Positions 37,572-50,100 of a stretch of DNA of 64,000 nucleotides are shown here, in pieces. Position 1 is the first letter of the stretch. Each line of letters begins with the position of its first letter. The stretch lies in NCBI GenBank assembly GCA_964247055.1, contig OZ176057.1, forward strand, positions 682,001-746,000, in the 5' to 3' direction. The translations under genes and the position numbers were made by a program. The notes beneath the pieces are model-generated. The model was not told where the DNA came from, made no database searches, and saw nothing but the letters and a program-made list of their open reading frames with translations. The stretch is from Paragordius varius. Lineage: Eukaryota > Animalia > Nematomorpha.

Positions 37572-40500
37572 ATGATGACCACCGAGAAGCGATTGGCTTT
37601 AGCCATTATAGATTTTTTGAAGGATCAAATCAATTCTCCATCTATGACTGCCGATGCTATTGAAAGTTTAGAAGGTTTTTGCATAAAAGTTTTATAATTT
37701 GTTAGTTGGAATACAATGTATGGAAAGCGCTTTTGGAATTATCGGTCAAGAAGAGGCTGATTATCAAAATCAAATACATGGGTCAAAAAAGCTTCTTGAA
37801 ATATTTGAAAACTTTGAAAAGGTTTACTTTATAATATAAAATTTAACATTAGAGTAAGCAGAAGAAAGTGACTGATGAGGATAAGAAATTAGCTGAAGAA
37901 TATAAAAATAAAGGTATTTACCTCTTACCATTTTACAACTAAATTTAAATTAGTTGGTAAATTTATGAAATATGGTAATAAACAAAAATTTATGAAAAAT
38001 TTAATGCTAATTACATTTATATTTTGATTCCATTCTCAAATATTTGCTCCATTCATACATGGAAATTTTGTTAAGATTTGACATTTTTTATTCAATAACG
38101 GCTTTGATCTGTAAAAATTGTGTTTTTAATACATAAAATATTATAACTCTAGTCATGAAAATGTAATTGAATAAGCAAATTTTTAGATTTAAATATTTTT
38201 CATAAAGTTATTCTAAAACGTTTAACCGTATTATATCCAATTGTTACATATTTGCAATTTTAAATTTTTCTTATAATAGGAAATGATGCGCTAAAAGAAG
38301 AAAATTTAACGAAAGCTTTGGAACATTACAACAAAGCCATCGATTTAAATCCGAATGAACCAGTTTATTATTGCAATAGGTTTTATAAATATTCTTTTAC
38401 GTTTTTTTTGGTGGGGGGGGGGGGGTATTATATTTCTAGATTATTTTTTTTTGGATTTTAAGTTATTTTTATCAAAATGCATTCATATTCTTGATTAATT
38501 TTTCAAAAAAAATAAATTATTCAAATCAAAATGCATTCATACTCTAAACCAAGCTAACAACACAAATAACCTCTAAAAACCGCTAATTATTTTACTTTTT
38601 TTGGTAATTTATTACCAAAATTTGGGGGCTAACCACTTAGGAAATTTGTTTAAAATATTCAATTTTACTTGGATTTCGTAAAATTTTTTATAATTTCTTG
38701 CGGGTTTTTCCATGAAACTAAATAAAAGTAAAATTTAGAAAAACGTCTAATGCATAATTACCCACTATTTAGAAATAAATGTAATTAAATATGCGATTGA
38801 TTATAGTTTAACGGTTAATTTGATATTTTTTTGTGCCTTTTTTTTGCAAGCGGTTTTAAGAAAAATGTTTGGTATAAAAATATATTTTCTTCAAATAGTT
38901 ATTTTTTCATAGGTTAAAAATTTGTCGTAATCAAATTTTACATACCAGAAAAACTAGCTATATATCTATATATATAGTTTATACGCCCGCATAAAAATTA
39001 TTATTAAGCAATTATTTTTGAAAAATGTAATATTTAGAAAACTACTAAGAAAGTATTTAACATTGTATAACAAGAAAATATTTTTTTTGGGACCCTTAAA
39101 AAAGCCTTTTTCAGATATCACCATTATTTTTTTGTTCATTAACTAAAATTTAAATCTTTTCAATAGAAATTAGTTTTATTTTTAAACATCATTACAAAAT
39201 TTTGGTGACTAAATTTTTTTATCATATTTTTTTTTCGTGTAAAGAGCTGCCACATATATGAAATTGAATGAAACACAAAAAGCTATTTCAGATTGTGAAA
39301 TTGCACTTAAACTCAATCCGAATTATGGGAAGGCTCATGCGCGATTGGGGTATTTTTTAACCCCTTTTTCTTTGATATACCATTTAAACTTCAAATTTAC
39401 CCTCAAACAATTCAAATTCACCCTTGAACAATCCAAATTCACCTTTGAATTCAAATTTACCCTTGAACAATTCAAATTCACCCTTGAACAATTCAAATTT
39501 ACCTTTAAACAATTCAAATTCACCCTTTAACGATTCAAATTCACCTTTAAACTATATTATGTGTTTTTGAACTAATATGTTTCATTATTAATATGAATAA
39601 TATCTTATTATGGCATAGTTTATTAATTTTTCAGTATTGTATTAATTTTAAACGAAATTTTATTTTTAAAAAATATAAGTAATTTAAAATTTTAAAAAAC
39701 ACTTATTTTAGGGTGAATTTGAATTGTTTAAAGGTGAATTTGAATTGTAAATGGTATACTACATATTACTCTCCTTAAATAGTTTGGCTTACATAAGTCA
39801 TGGTATTTTCCTTAGTTTTATAGTACACTTACAATACTTAATATTGATAACGAGAACGAATATTTTATGTTAAAATAATAATTTGAATTCTCCAAAAATG
39901 AATTAAATTAAACTATATATCCAAAATTTTTTATACCTGGTAGTATTTTTTTCAATAGATTAACTAAAAAAAAGAAAATAATAATGATAAAATATAATTA
40001 AAACATTTTCATATTAACATGTATCGAAAATTTTGGATATATAGCTCACAATTTAATAAATTTTACCACAATTCAAATTATATTATTTTAACATGGAATA
40101 GTTAAATTTTTATATACCATTTACGATTCAAATTCACCCTCAAATAAATTATATGTGTTTCAAGATCAAAAATATATTTTTTAATATATTTTTAAAAAAT
40201 CACATTTTGTTTTAAATTAAATTAATGCTGAAAAATAATAAACTATGTCCATAAAGATAATTTTATATTAATAATGAGTTATATTAGTTCCCAGACACAT
40301 AATTTATTTTTAGGGTAATTGAATTGTTCAAAGGGTGAATATGAATTGTTCTAGAGTGGATTTGGTTCAAGGGTGAATTTAAATTATTCAAGGGTGAATT
40401 TGAATTCTTCAAGGGTAAATTTGAATTGTTCAAGGGTGAATTTGAATTGTTCAAGGGTAAATTTGAATTGTGTGAATTTGAAATGGTATATATTGCCAAA

Positions 40501-43500
40501 ACCCAGTATCTATGTTTAAAGTTAAGAATTTTAAAAACATATTTTGCTTTTTATTTTTATATTTTTAACTTTTATTTTTACCTTTAAATAGTTTGGCTTA
40601 CATAAGTGATGGTAAGTATCGCAAAGCTAAAATGGCATTTACTCAAGCCTTGAAATGTGAACCACACAATGAAAGTTATCAAAATAATTTGAGTTTCGTT
40701 GAAGAAAAAATTAGGGAACAAGGAACCAATTCAGAATCTAATATGGGCAGTGGAGGTAATTTAATTTTTTTACATTCACAAAAGTTTTTGACGTTTGAAA
40801 AGTTTTTTTTCACGTTTGAAAAGTTTTAAATTTTATATGTTTTATTTAATTTTTTAAAAATTTTTCTTTTTAATTTACCATTGTTGCGTAAAATTTTTGC
40901 AGTATAAACTATATAATTACATATATTAAAATTTCTTTGTAATTTTTTGTCAACATAAGAGATTTTGTAAAAAATTATTGTAATGTAAGGAAGAAATGTA
41001 GATTTTTTATCGCTTTTTTAGGCTTAACAAAAATGATTTTCAGTGGAACCAGCTATCATAGTTAAAAAAATTTATAGTAACACTGAAACACACAAATATT
41101 CTACTATTTTCTATAATTATTATACATTTAAAAAAGTCACATATACCCTGACTATGGTTAGAATGGGGACCCCAACTCATAACGAACTTTTTTTCATATA
41201 AAACTTGAAATATCCAATATATGTTTTTTCATTTTTTCTAAAAAAACGATGATTTATAGGGTAAAAGTTATATGTAGTATATAAATTTATCCAAAAAACT
41301 AAAGAATATTTTTATTAATGATAACCAAACAATTTTATTTATACTTAAACTATTTACTTAGAATTTTAGTGTTACGACATCCATATTTCATTTACAGTTT
41401 AACACAATAAGTATTAGTTTAAAAATCTAAAAATATATTGATTTTTTGAAACAAAAAAATATTTGTCACATAGATTTTACATTTTGTTTCAAATTTTTAT
41501 TTAAAACCAAAAAAATTTTTTATTAGATAATACAAATACTGGAGGGGGTAGAACAACTTCAAATACTAATTCTGGTCCTTCAATACCCAATTTAGGAAAT
41601 TTGTTTAGTGGTATTTTTGGGGACACAATGGGTAATGCAAATTCAAACGCTCAACCAGGGACCCATGGGTAAGAAACTTTTGATATTTCCTAGAGAAAAA
41701 AATGAAAATTAACATAAATTATATATACCATTTACAGTTCAAATTCACCCTTGAACAATTCAAATTCACCCTCGAACAATTCAAATTCACCCTAAATATA
41801 AATTATGTATTTTCGAATTAATATAACTCATTATTAATATGAAATATATGTTTATGTTATAGTTTATTATTTTTTCAGTATTATTTTAATTTAAAAACAA
41901 AATTTTTATTTTTTAAAATATATAAAAATATTGGTAATTTTTAATCTTAAAAAATATATATTTTATTTGAGGGTGAATTTGAATTGTTTCAGGGTGAATT
42001 TGAATTGTTTAAGGGTGAATTTGAATTGTTTAAGGGTGAAATTGAATTGTATATGGTATATCAGCAATAATTTAATAAATGAAAAACTAAAAAATTATAT
42101 ATTAAATTTATACATTGATTATTTATCATATATAGGGGTGGTATGGATTTCTCTGCCTTGTTGAATAACCCTGCATTGATTGGAATGGCTACGAATTTGA
42201 TGTCAAACCCAAACATTCAAAATGCGTATAAATTTTATAAATAATATTTTGTTTTTTTCCTTTATTTTGGTATTTATAACTAATTTTAGAGTCTATTATT
42301 AATAATTATGATTAATTTTATATTAAAATGAAACATACATTTTAGGACACAATAATAAATTAATTATTGTCGACAAAATTTTTAGTTTCATTTTTTTATT
42401 GTGAATATAATAAATTTTTAAACTTATTTTGTGAGATTGTTAACTAACCCATAAACAAATAATTTTTTATGGTTTATATTTTTAAATTAATTTCGCTTGG
42501 TCAAATTTATAGGTTTTATAAAAGATAATTGTTAAAATTTTACGGCTAATGAGTAGATATTTGTCCTATTTTCAGTTTATTCTTAAATCAATCATAATTT
42601 CGCATTTCTCCCCTTCATATGTGATTCCATTCTTTATATTACTTCGCGTTTTTATCATAAAATAGCGCTCTATATAAATGGCTTTTCAAATCTAAATTTA
42701 TAAAGTTTGTTAAAACATGAAAAACTGTTCTAACTTTTTTTTAAAAAAAAAAATTATTTAGTATCCTTTAATTTAGTTATAAATTAAGCATATCACTGTT
42801 TATCATAATAAGATAGATTTTTTTAAAAATTTTCCCTAATTTTAAATTTAATTTTATTATTTTTTTGTAGGCTTCACAACTTAGCACCTCGCCCCATTTT
42901 TATATATTAAGCCATTCATTATTTTGCTTTTTTAATAATAAAATCAAAAAAATGTTTTTTTGTTAAATGCCTGGCTTTAAATTAAGTGTTTCTATTATCA
43001 TTTCCAAGCCCCTCTATATACAGTCATGTATCATTTATTTTATCAAAAATTTTTTTTTCGTTAAATGGGCATAAATATTTGTTAAAGAATGGAAAAATCA
43101 AGAGCTCTATGGTATTCTTATACTTTTTTTGCTGAATCTAATATTGTTAATACCATAGAGCTCTTGTTTTTTCCCCATTCTTTACCAAATATTTATACCA
43201 CCCATTTAATGCGAAAAAAAATTAATTTTTAATAAAATAAAGGATACATCACTGTAATACCATTTATTTATTCATTATGTAATTTTTATTATAAGGCAAA
43301 ACGCATTATTTTTTTACGATTTAGCTTATCAAGTATGTTGGGAACAACCATGAATACACCTCAAACAAATTCTTCTGCAACACAATCAAATGCTTCAGAA
43401 CAGCCTACAAATCAAAATAGCACATCATCATCAAATAATCCAAATATGGAAAATTTTTTGCGAATGTATATTATAAATTTTATCTTTTTTATGGTTTTTT

Positions 43501-44214
43501 TATAAAAAACCTCTCTTAGTATTACAGTAAAAATGAAAATTACAGTAAAAGCTGAAATTTCACGGACAGAACGTAAAAGTTTAAAGACAAATATTTTTTA
43601 TCAAAGACAATCACACTTTTTGAATCTTGATTTATTTCAATATAACTAATTGTTTTAAATGACAAAGTGTGAAATAGAGATTTATAATACTAATGCAATC
43701 AAATCTATATTTTACAATAGTAACTAAGTAGCTTATATGGAAAACTTTTAGGTTTTGAAAGTATGGTTGTCTTTTTAAGAAAAATATTTATCTTTATATT
43801 TTCACGTTTTGTCAGTATAATTTCTATTTTTATTGTATAATACAGACAAAATATTAAACAAAATTAAGACAAAAAATAATATTTTTTTAAAGACCGGCAT
43901 ATTTTTTATATTTTTCAAAGCATAACTCATTGTTTTTTTTGCTGAATATAAAATAGTAATGTAAATTGGTAACAAAATCAATTATATATTTTATCTTTAT
44001 ATTTAAATAATTTCCATATAATTTTAAATGTTTCTAATTTCCATGTGGACATTATATACAATTTTTGTGTTTTAGAGGTCAAAATTTAGCATCTCAAATC
44101 CAGAATACACACCCCGATTTAATCAACCAACTTAGATCTCAAATGGGCAATGTTATGGGTTCTGGGACTGGAAATCCTCCCAACAATAATACACCAAGAA
44201 CCAATCCTAATTAA
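37572..44214 (+). CDS. SGTA: Small glutamine-rich TPR-containing co-chaperone (SGTA/SGT2 family); 10 coding exons, 386 aa
   Basis: Exons 37572-37674, 37706-37821, 37853-37913, 38280-38379, 39245-39349, 40592-40755, 41527-41668, 42136-42225, 43325-43465, 44076-44214 (1161 nt, in frame). Dimerisation domain KRLALAIIDFL..AIESLEVGIQCMESAF; three TPRs (AEEYKNKGN..YYCNRAA..YGKAHARLGLAY..YQNNL); C-terminal DFSALLNNP..MATNLMSNP and GQNLASQIQ..PDLINQLRSQM. A probable 5'UTR intron lies at 37449-37506. Confidence 0.93.
39376..39758. mobile_element. MITE family 1 (TA-flanked TACCATTTA TIR, subterminal 21-bp TTCAAATTCACCCTTGAACAA arrays)
   Basis: TA-TACCATTTA...TAAATGGTA-TA; located in SGTA intron 5. Confidence 0.85.
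40113..40490. mobile_element. MITE family 1, opposite orientation to the 39376 copy
   Basis: Same TIRs and TA flanks; interior is the reverse complement (AAACTATG.CCATAAAGATA vs TATCTT..TATGGCATAGTTT). Confidence 0.85.
41724..42060. mobile_element. MITE family 1
   Basis: TA-TACCATTTACAG...ATATGGTA-TA; SGTA intron 7. Confidence 0.85.
43019..43256. mobile_element. Foldback family 5, internal-deletion derivative (near-perfect hairpin)
   Basis: TACAGTCATGTATC...GATACATCACTGTA; arms match the ends of 55828-56403; SGTA intron 8. Confidence 0.75.
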
Positions 44215-45334
44215 CTAAATATAACTTATTAACTCCATCATTTGGGGTGGATAAAATTTTTAAAATTGACGCTATAATTAATTTGATTTTTATAAAAAAA
44301 TATGATTTAGGCAAAACATTTTAGATATGGCTTTTAACACTGTATATACTAATCATTACTATAATAAACCTAATCTATTAAATTTGATTTAATTTATTAT
44401 TTGTCCATTGTTTTTATCGTGACGCGCAACTTTGTAATTATTATTTTATTTTATATTGTTTTTCGTTTTTTAAAAAATAAATTTAAATTTTTTTTACACT
44501 TTGTGTTTATGCTTCCAAGATAGCATTAAATTTTTACGCTCGTTCGAATTTTAATTATATTGTTAAAAAAATTCAAAGGGCATAAGCGATTCATTTATCG
44601 TTATATACATTTTATCAAATGGGTGCTTTAAAATATCTTATAAAATATATTCTGTTGCAAAATTGTATTAGGATTCTCATGGTTTGTTTTGGACGTTTAC
44701 AATATAAATTGATGTTATTTCTACTACCTAAATAGCTTTTAAATTAAACTATTTTACAAAAAAGTCAACTATTATATTATGGCGTCCTAATTAAAACTTT
44801 TATGAATAATTATAAACATCCATTAAATGTAAGCAGTATTAGTAATTTTAATTTTATGATTTATGATTGCCAATATTATAAATACACTTTGGATCACATA
44901 TAGAAATTAAAGTGTAAGATAATTGTTTCGCTTTTTACAGTTTATGAGCTAATTAATTTATGGTAATAAAGCGTTTTTATCCTTAGAGTGTTTTTATTTA
45001 TATCACGCTAGTCTTGAAGTTTAAAACAAGGGTAAGAATTGATAACAAAAATAATGTTCATTAATTATATTTCTTATGCTCGGTTTAAACTGTAAATGGT
45101 TTTTGCCGCTTAAAAATATTTAGATTTGCAACTGCTTTTTATAATACATAATTTTTGGTTATGCAATTTTTCATATTACTTAATTATATTCAATCAAAAT
45201 AATGATCATTATTCCATATTTATCAATAGCATTAAAAATTTAGGAAATTAGGTAATTGAAATCAGATGACCACATAGTTTTTAAACATGTTCGAAAAGCA
45301 ACAGATAAGTCCTTTTTTTTTAAAAATTTAACAT

Positions 45335-45770
45335 TCCATTACATTTTGGGTTAGTTTAATATCCCAGAGTAATTTATTAAAAAGTATTTGAAGGTCGTAA
45401 GCTGCATTTAAATATCTTTTATTTAGCCTTTTAGGCGAGTTACACAATTTTTTGAAAAAATATAAAATTGTAAAAATTCCTCATCTCAAACTTGTTTGCC
45501 GCCATAAATCGCTAATGCAACATTCATATAAATTGTTTAAAAATTTATATAATTAATTAACAGTTTTAAGGCTACATTTAAATAGCAAAAATTTGATACA
45601 TTTTGATTTTTATATCAATTGTTCGTTAACTTAAAAATATAAGCTTTTTTATCCATTATATGTGAACAATGTTTGATATTTGAATTTTAACTAATATAAC
45701 TTTCAAAACTTTAGTTAATTTACTTAATTGAGCTTTAGGATATAAAATTAACCCAATTAAATTGGGGCAA
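45335..45770 (+). repeat. Unclassified repeat family 9
   Basis: Colinear with 49245-49980 (interrupted by MITE 1) and 62705-62940. Confidence 0.55.
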
Positions 45771-47116
45771 AATGAAAAGGTAATAAAGTGCATAGCTTTT
45801 ATACCGATTCAAAAAATAAAAAATATACAAAAAAATATTTTACATACATATACAAAAAAACTGAAATTATACGGACAAAATAAACTATAAACACAAATAT
45901 ATTTTTCTGGAAACCATATTTTTTGATTCTTGTTTTTAAAGTGTTTAAACTGCAAAATATAAAATTGAAATAACATTGTAGCACAATCAATCAATTAATT
46001 TACGGTGATTAAATATTTTATACAGCAAAAATTAGGATTAAAAAATATGGTTGTCTTTGAATAAAAATATTTGTTTTTATATTCATATGTGTCCGAATAA
46101 TTTCGTATACTATATATATGACTACTTTTTCAAAAATTTACATTCATTTTTTAGCTTTTGATGAAAGCACAGTATATACAGTATGAGCAGGTAGACATTT
46201 TTTGTATTGAATATTGCCAAATGGCATATTCAGGGTGTAAAGAAGGTTGCTAAAAAAACATTGTGTGTTGTGGTTGGCTATATATATTTACTCCACATAT
46301 TTATTACAATTTTTTAATCTGAGGGTAGCCCGCAAGCAGCAGGCGGCACTCCGAAACTCAATTTCAGAATTCCATAAATTAAAATATGCTCATAAAATGT
46401 TAAAAAAAATCATATTTTAAAAATAATTTTTCTAAATAATTGTATCCAAATGGCAAGAAAAAATTGTTATATTGTGTTTGCATTTTCCAGTTTTATGTCT
46501 GTAATCTAATTACTTATGAGACTATAATATGAATGCAGCCCGCTAATTTTATTAGTCAAAAATGCTGCCCGTGAAGCCATTTGTGTTGAACACCTCTGGT
46601 TCAGACAGCATATTAATGAAAAGTAATATCAAACATTGAATTATTTTGTTTAAATATTATTTCCACTTTCTTATACCAAATAAAAAATATATTAAAAAAG
46701 CTTTAGCGCTACGGACCTTTGAGTTGTAGAAGCATTCCTACCTTAATTAATTTAGATATATTGAAAAACTTCCCTCAACAAATTTGACAAAAGCCAACTA
46801 TGTATTTTACAGCCCTAGTGATGTAAAATTATAAAAACATATTTACATTTTTTTTGAATTTTACTTAATTGTGGGCGCTTAAATAATATTTATGAATTCT
46901 CTGACATGCTCTTTTGAATTAATTTAGTTGTTTAACTCTCGTATATTAATAAAAATATAAAATACAATGCAATAATTATACAATAAATGCATATAGGTCA
47001 TTTAATTTTAGCATAGACAAAGACACGTAAAAATAAAATAAAAAGAGAATCAATAAAAAAAAATCGTTGTTATCAGGTATCTAAATTTAAAAAAGAAATA
47101 AAAATCAAATTTATTA

Positions 47117-50100
47117 ATGTTGTTTATGAAATATTTTAAAAAACGATATCGAATAATTATTCCGTTTTTTATTGGATGTTCATTTTTAATATATGGGAGG
47201 CCTTTTCTTAATCTATTACTTTTGCTAATTATTGAAACTTATCAAAAGGTGACATTAGGACACTTACAACCAGAATCTTCAGAAAATTTAGTTAGTATAT
47301 GCGTTTTTAAATTTTAATTACAATAAAGGAAAGGGAGGAATTGTATCAAGACATTCAAAATATTTGCTCAAACGTTATCCCCGATTTTCAAGTTTGTCTT
47401 TGGAAAAATATTTTTTTGAATGTTTTATAAATGTAAACTAAAAAATAAAATTTATACAGACAAAAGATTAAATATTGTTTACAATTATACTTTTCAAGAT
47501 TTCTCCATATACTAAATAAATATTTAAAAATTGAGAGCTTTAACAAACTATACCTTTTTACAGTCAAGGAACACTTTTTTAAGCAAACGCACATTTTTCA
47601 ATCAAACGCAACCTTTTTCAAGCAAACGCAACATTTTAATTCCGTTTAGATGGAAAATATTGCGTTTGGTTGAAAAAGTGTTGCTTTTGACCACAAAATG
47701 GTATATATATATATATATATATACATTTTCAATTTTGCAACGTATATTTGAAAAAAAACCAAATTTTAAACACTTGATTATGCTTTTTCAAAATATGTTT
47801 TTTAGTTTTTTTGGGTTTGCTTGTATAATATCAATTGTTACAGTATTATATAATTTAGTTGACATCAAAAATGGTGGCAGCATTGGAATTTTGTCCAGGA
47901 TATAATATACCCAAAGATATGAAGGTATTTAGGCGAGCATGCTTTGTTTTCACTTATATATATTAGGTTTGGAGTTTATATATAGAAAAATTAAAAATAT
48001 CAGTAAAAATTTAATTTATGCAGAAAAAACGTATCGTAACAAAAACATATTTTTTAAAACTATAATTTTACAACATAAATTATTAGATTTTCTTCACAAC
48101 GTTTCTCAACCTAAAATTATGAGTTATATAAAAAACACATGTTGTCCGTATAATGTAAATTTTTACTGTAAATAAATTTATGAGCGATTGTGAACGCTTG
48201 CAAAATAACCTTCTTAACATATTATTTATATCCTACATTTTCAATTAAAATTTTGAATTAAACAAGTTTAGCTTTTATACAATATCAAATATTTTATTTA
48301 TAATTGCAAACACTTGCTTTTTCATATAATATTCAAAAGCTTCAAACAAATCCGTTATCTTAACTATATTATCTCCTATTTTTGTGTACAGACTAATAGG
48401 TCCTTAGCCAAAGAGACTTGCATTGATTTGGAAAAAACATCTCAGGTTAATAAACATAAACATTATTAAAACTAATTTTTATTTTTACTTAATATTATTT
48501 TATAAATATAGGAATATGCTCAAATTTATTTGGCACAAATGCCAAAGGATAGCAAACGCGGTGCTGAAGCGTTAAAAGTCCTTAAATATATTCACAGGTG
48601 AACTTAAATTATCTATGATTTAAAATTCAAATTGACCCTTACAATTCAAATTCGCAAAATATATTGTTTTATTCATATTTTATAAAAATGAAATTTTGTT
48701 AAAATTAAAATATTAAATAATATTAAACTATGCCATAAAGATGTATTTCATATTAATAATAATTTATATTAGCTCAAAAACACTTATTTTAGAGTGATAT
48801 TTAAGGGTTAAAATTGTCCAATTTGAACTGTTCAAGGGTAAATTTTAATTATTCAAGGGTGAATTTGAGCTATAAATAGATAAGAAATTTTTTATCTAAT
48901 ACCTTTTCCTCTTTAAAACATCACTCAACTTATATAATATGGAATAGAGATTTAAATTGTTTTCCCACTCAAATGTATGATTCAAAATAGTAGAGTTAAA
49001 TAGTTTATGTGGGAAAAAGATTTTGAAAAAGTATGGTTTTTTATACAAAAAAATTGGTTTTTTAATTTTTGGGTTTTGTCCGTATATTTCCATTTTTACT
49101 GTTATTCTTAATTTGTGACTTGTAATATTAATCAATAAATTATATTTACAAATTCGTTTTTGCCGAACCCGCTGAAACCCTCTCAACTAGCAATATTTTA
49201 GTGTCTTATATTATTTGATTTATAATTTTAATTTTATTTGACTCCATCACACTTTGGGGCAGTTTAATAATTCAGAGCCACTTCTTAAAAGGTACTAAGC
49301 TGAAAAATATGCTTTCTTTAGCCTTTTAGGGCGAATTATACATTTTTTAAAAAAAGGTAAAATTGTAAAAAAACCCTCATATCAAACTTTTTTACCGCCA
49401 TTTTTTCTATTAATTTTTATAAATCGCAATGCAATAGGCAGATAATTGTATGTTATGGTTAGAAAATGTAAATAATTAACTAAAGCTGAGGCTAGATATT
49501 ACTAGCAAAAACTTTTATTTTGATTTTAATATGTCATTTACAGTTCAAATTCACCCTCGAACAATTCAAATTCGCCCTTGAACATCAAATTCACCCTAAA
49601 TTATGCTTTTAGAACTAATATAACTCATTATTAATATAAAATATCTTTATGGCATAGTTTATTATTTTTCAGTTTAATTTTAAACAACATTTTAATTTTT
49701 TTAAATATTAAAATATAAGTAATTTTTAATTTTAAAAACCATAATTTATTTGAGGTGGATTTAAAATTGTTCCAGGGTGAATTATTTTAAATGGTATACA
49801 GCTGTTTCAATCGTGTTTTAGAGCTGTCTCAGTTTTAAACTCTATAAATCACAAAACTGTAAAAAATATAATCTTTTTCATCAAATAGAGAACAATTTTT
49901 GATAAATAATTATACTAAAATAACTTTCAAAACTGTAGTTTATCTACAATTGAGTTCTAGGATACTACTATTCCAAAAGATTTATCATAATGAGATGTTT
50001 AAACTTTCTTCCTATTTTATTTATCTTTAACATAATTTTTAGATATACATGTTGAAAAGAGACATTGCATGCGTATATATATCTGTCAATATTTAGTCCT

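Noticed and set aside
39380-42060. 21-bp tandem repeats resembling a CRISPR array, and repetitive ORFs (FKFTLEQ / VNLNC / NNSNLPL at 39258-39530, 39335-39523, 40284-40499, 41931-42164)
   Set aside because: The repeats are contiguous without unique spacers and lie inside TA-flanked MITE TIRs in introns of a eukaryotic gene. The ORFs are translations of these repeats; only 39245-39349 and 42136-42225 are real exons.
42871-42910. Alternative terminal SGTA exon after TTTGTAG (ALHNLAPRPIFIY*)
   Set aside because: No similarity to SGTA, and chance acceptors are frequent in T-rich introns.
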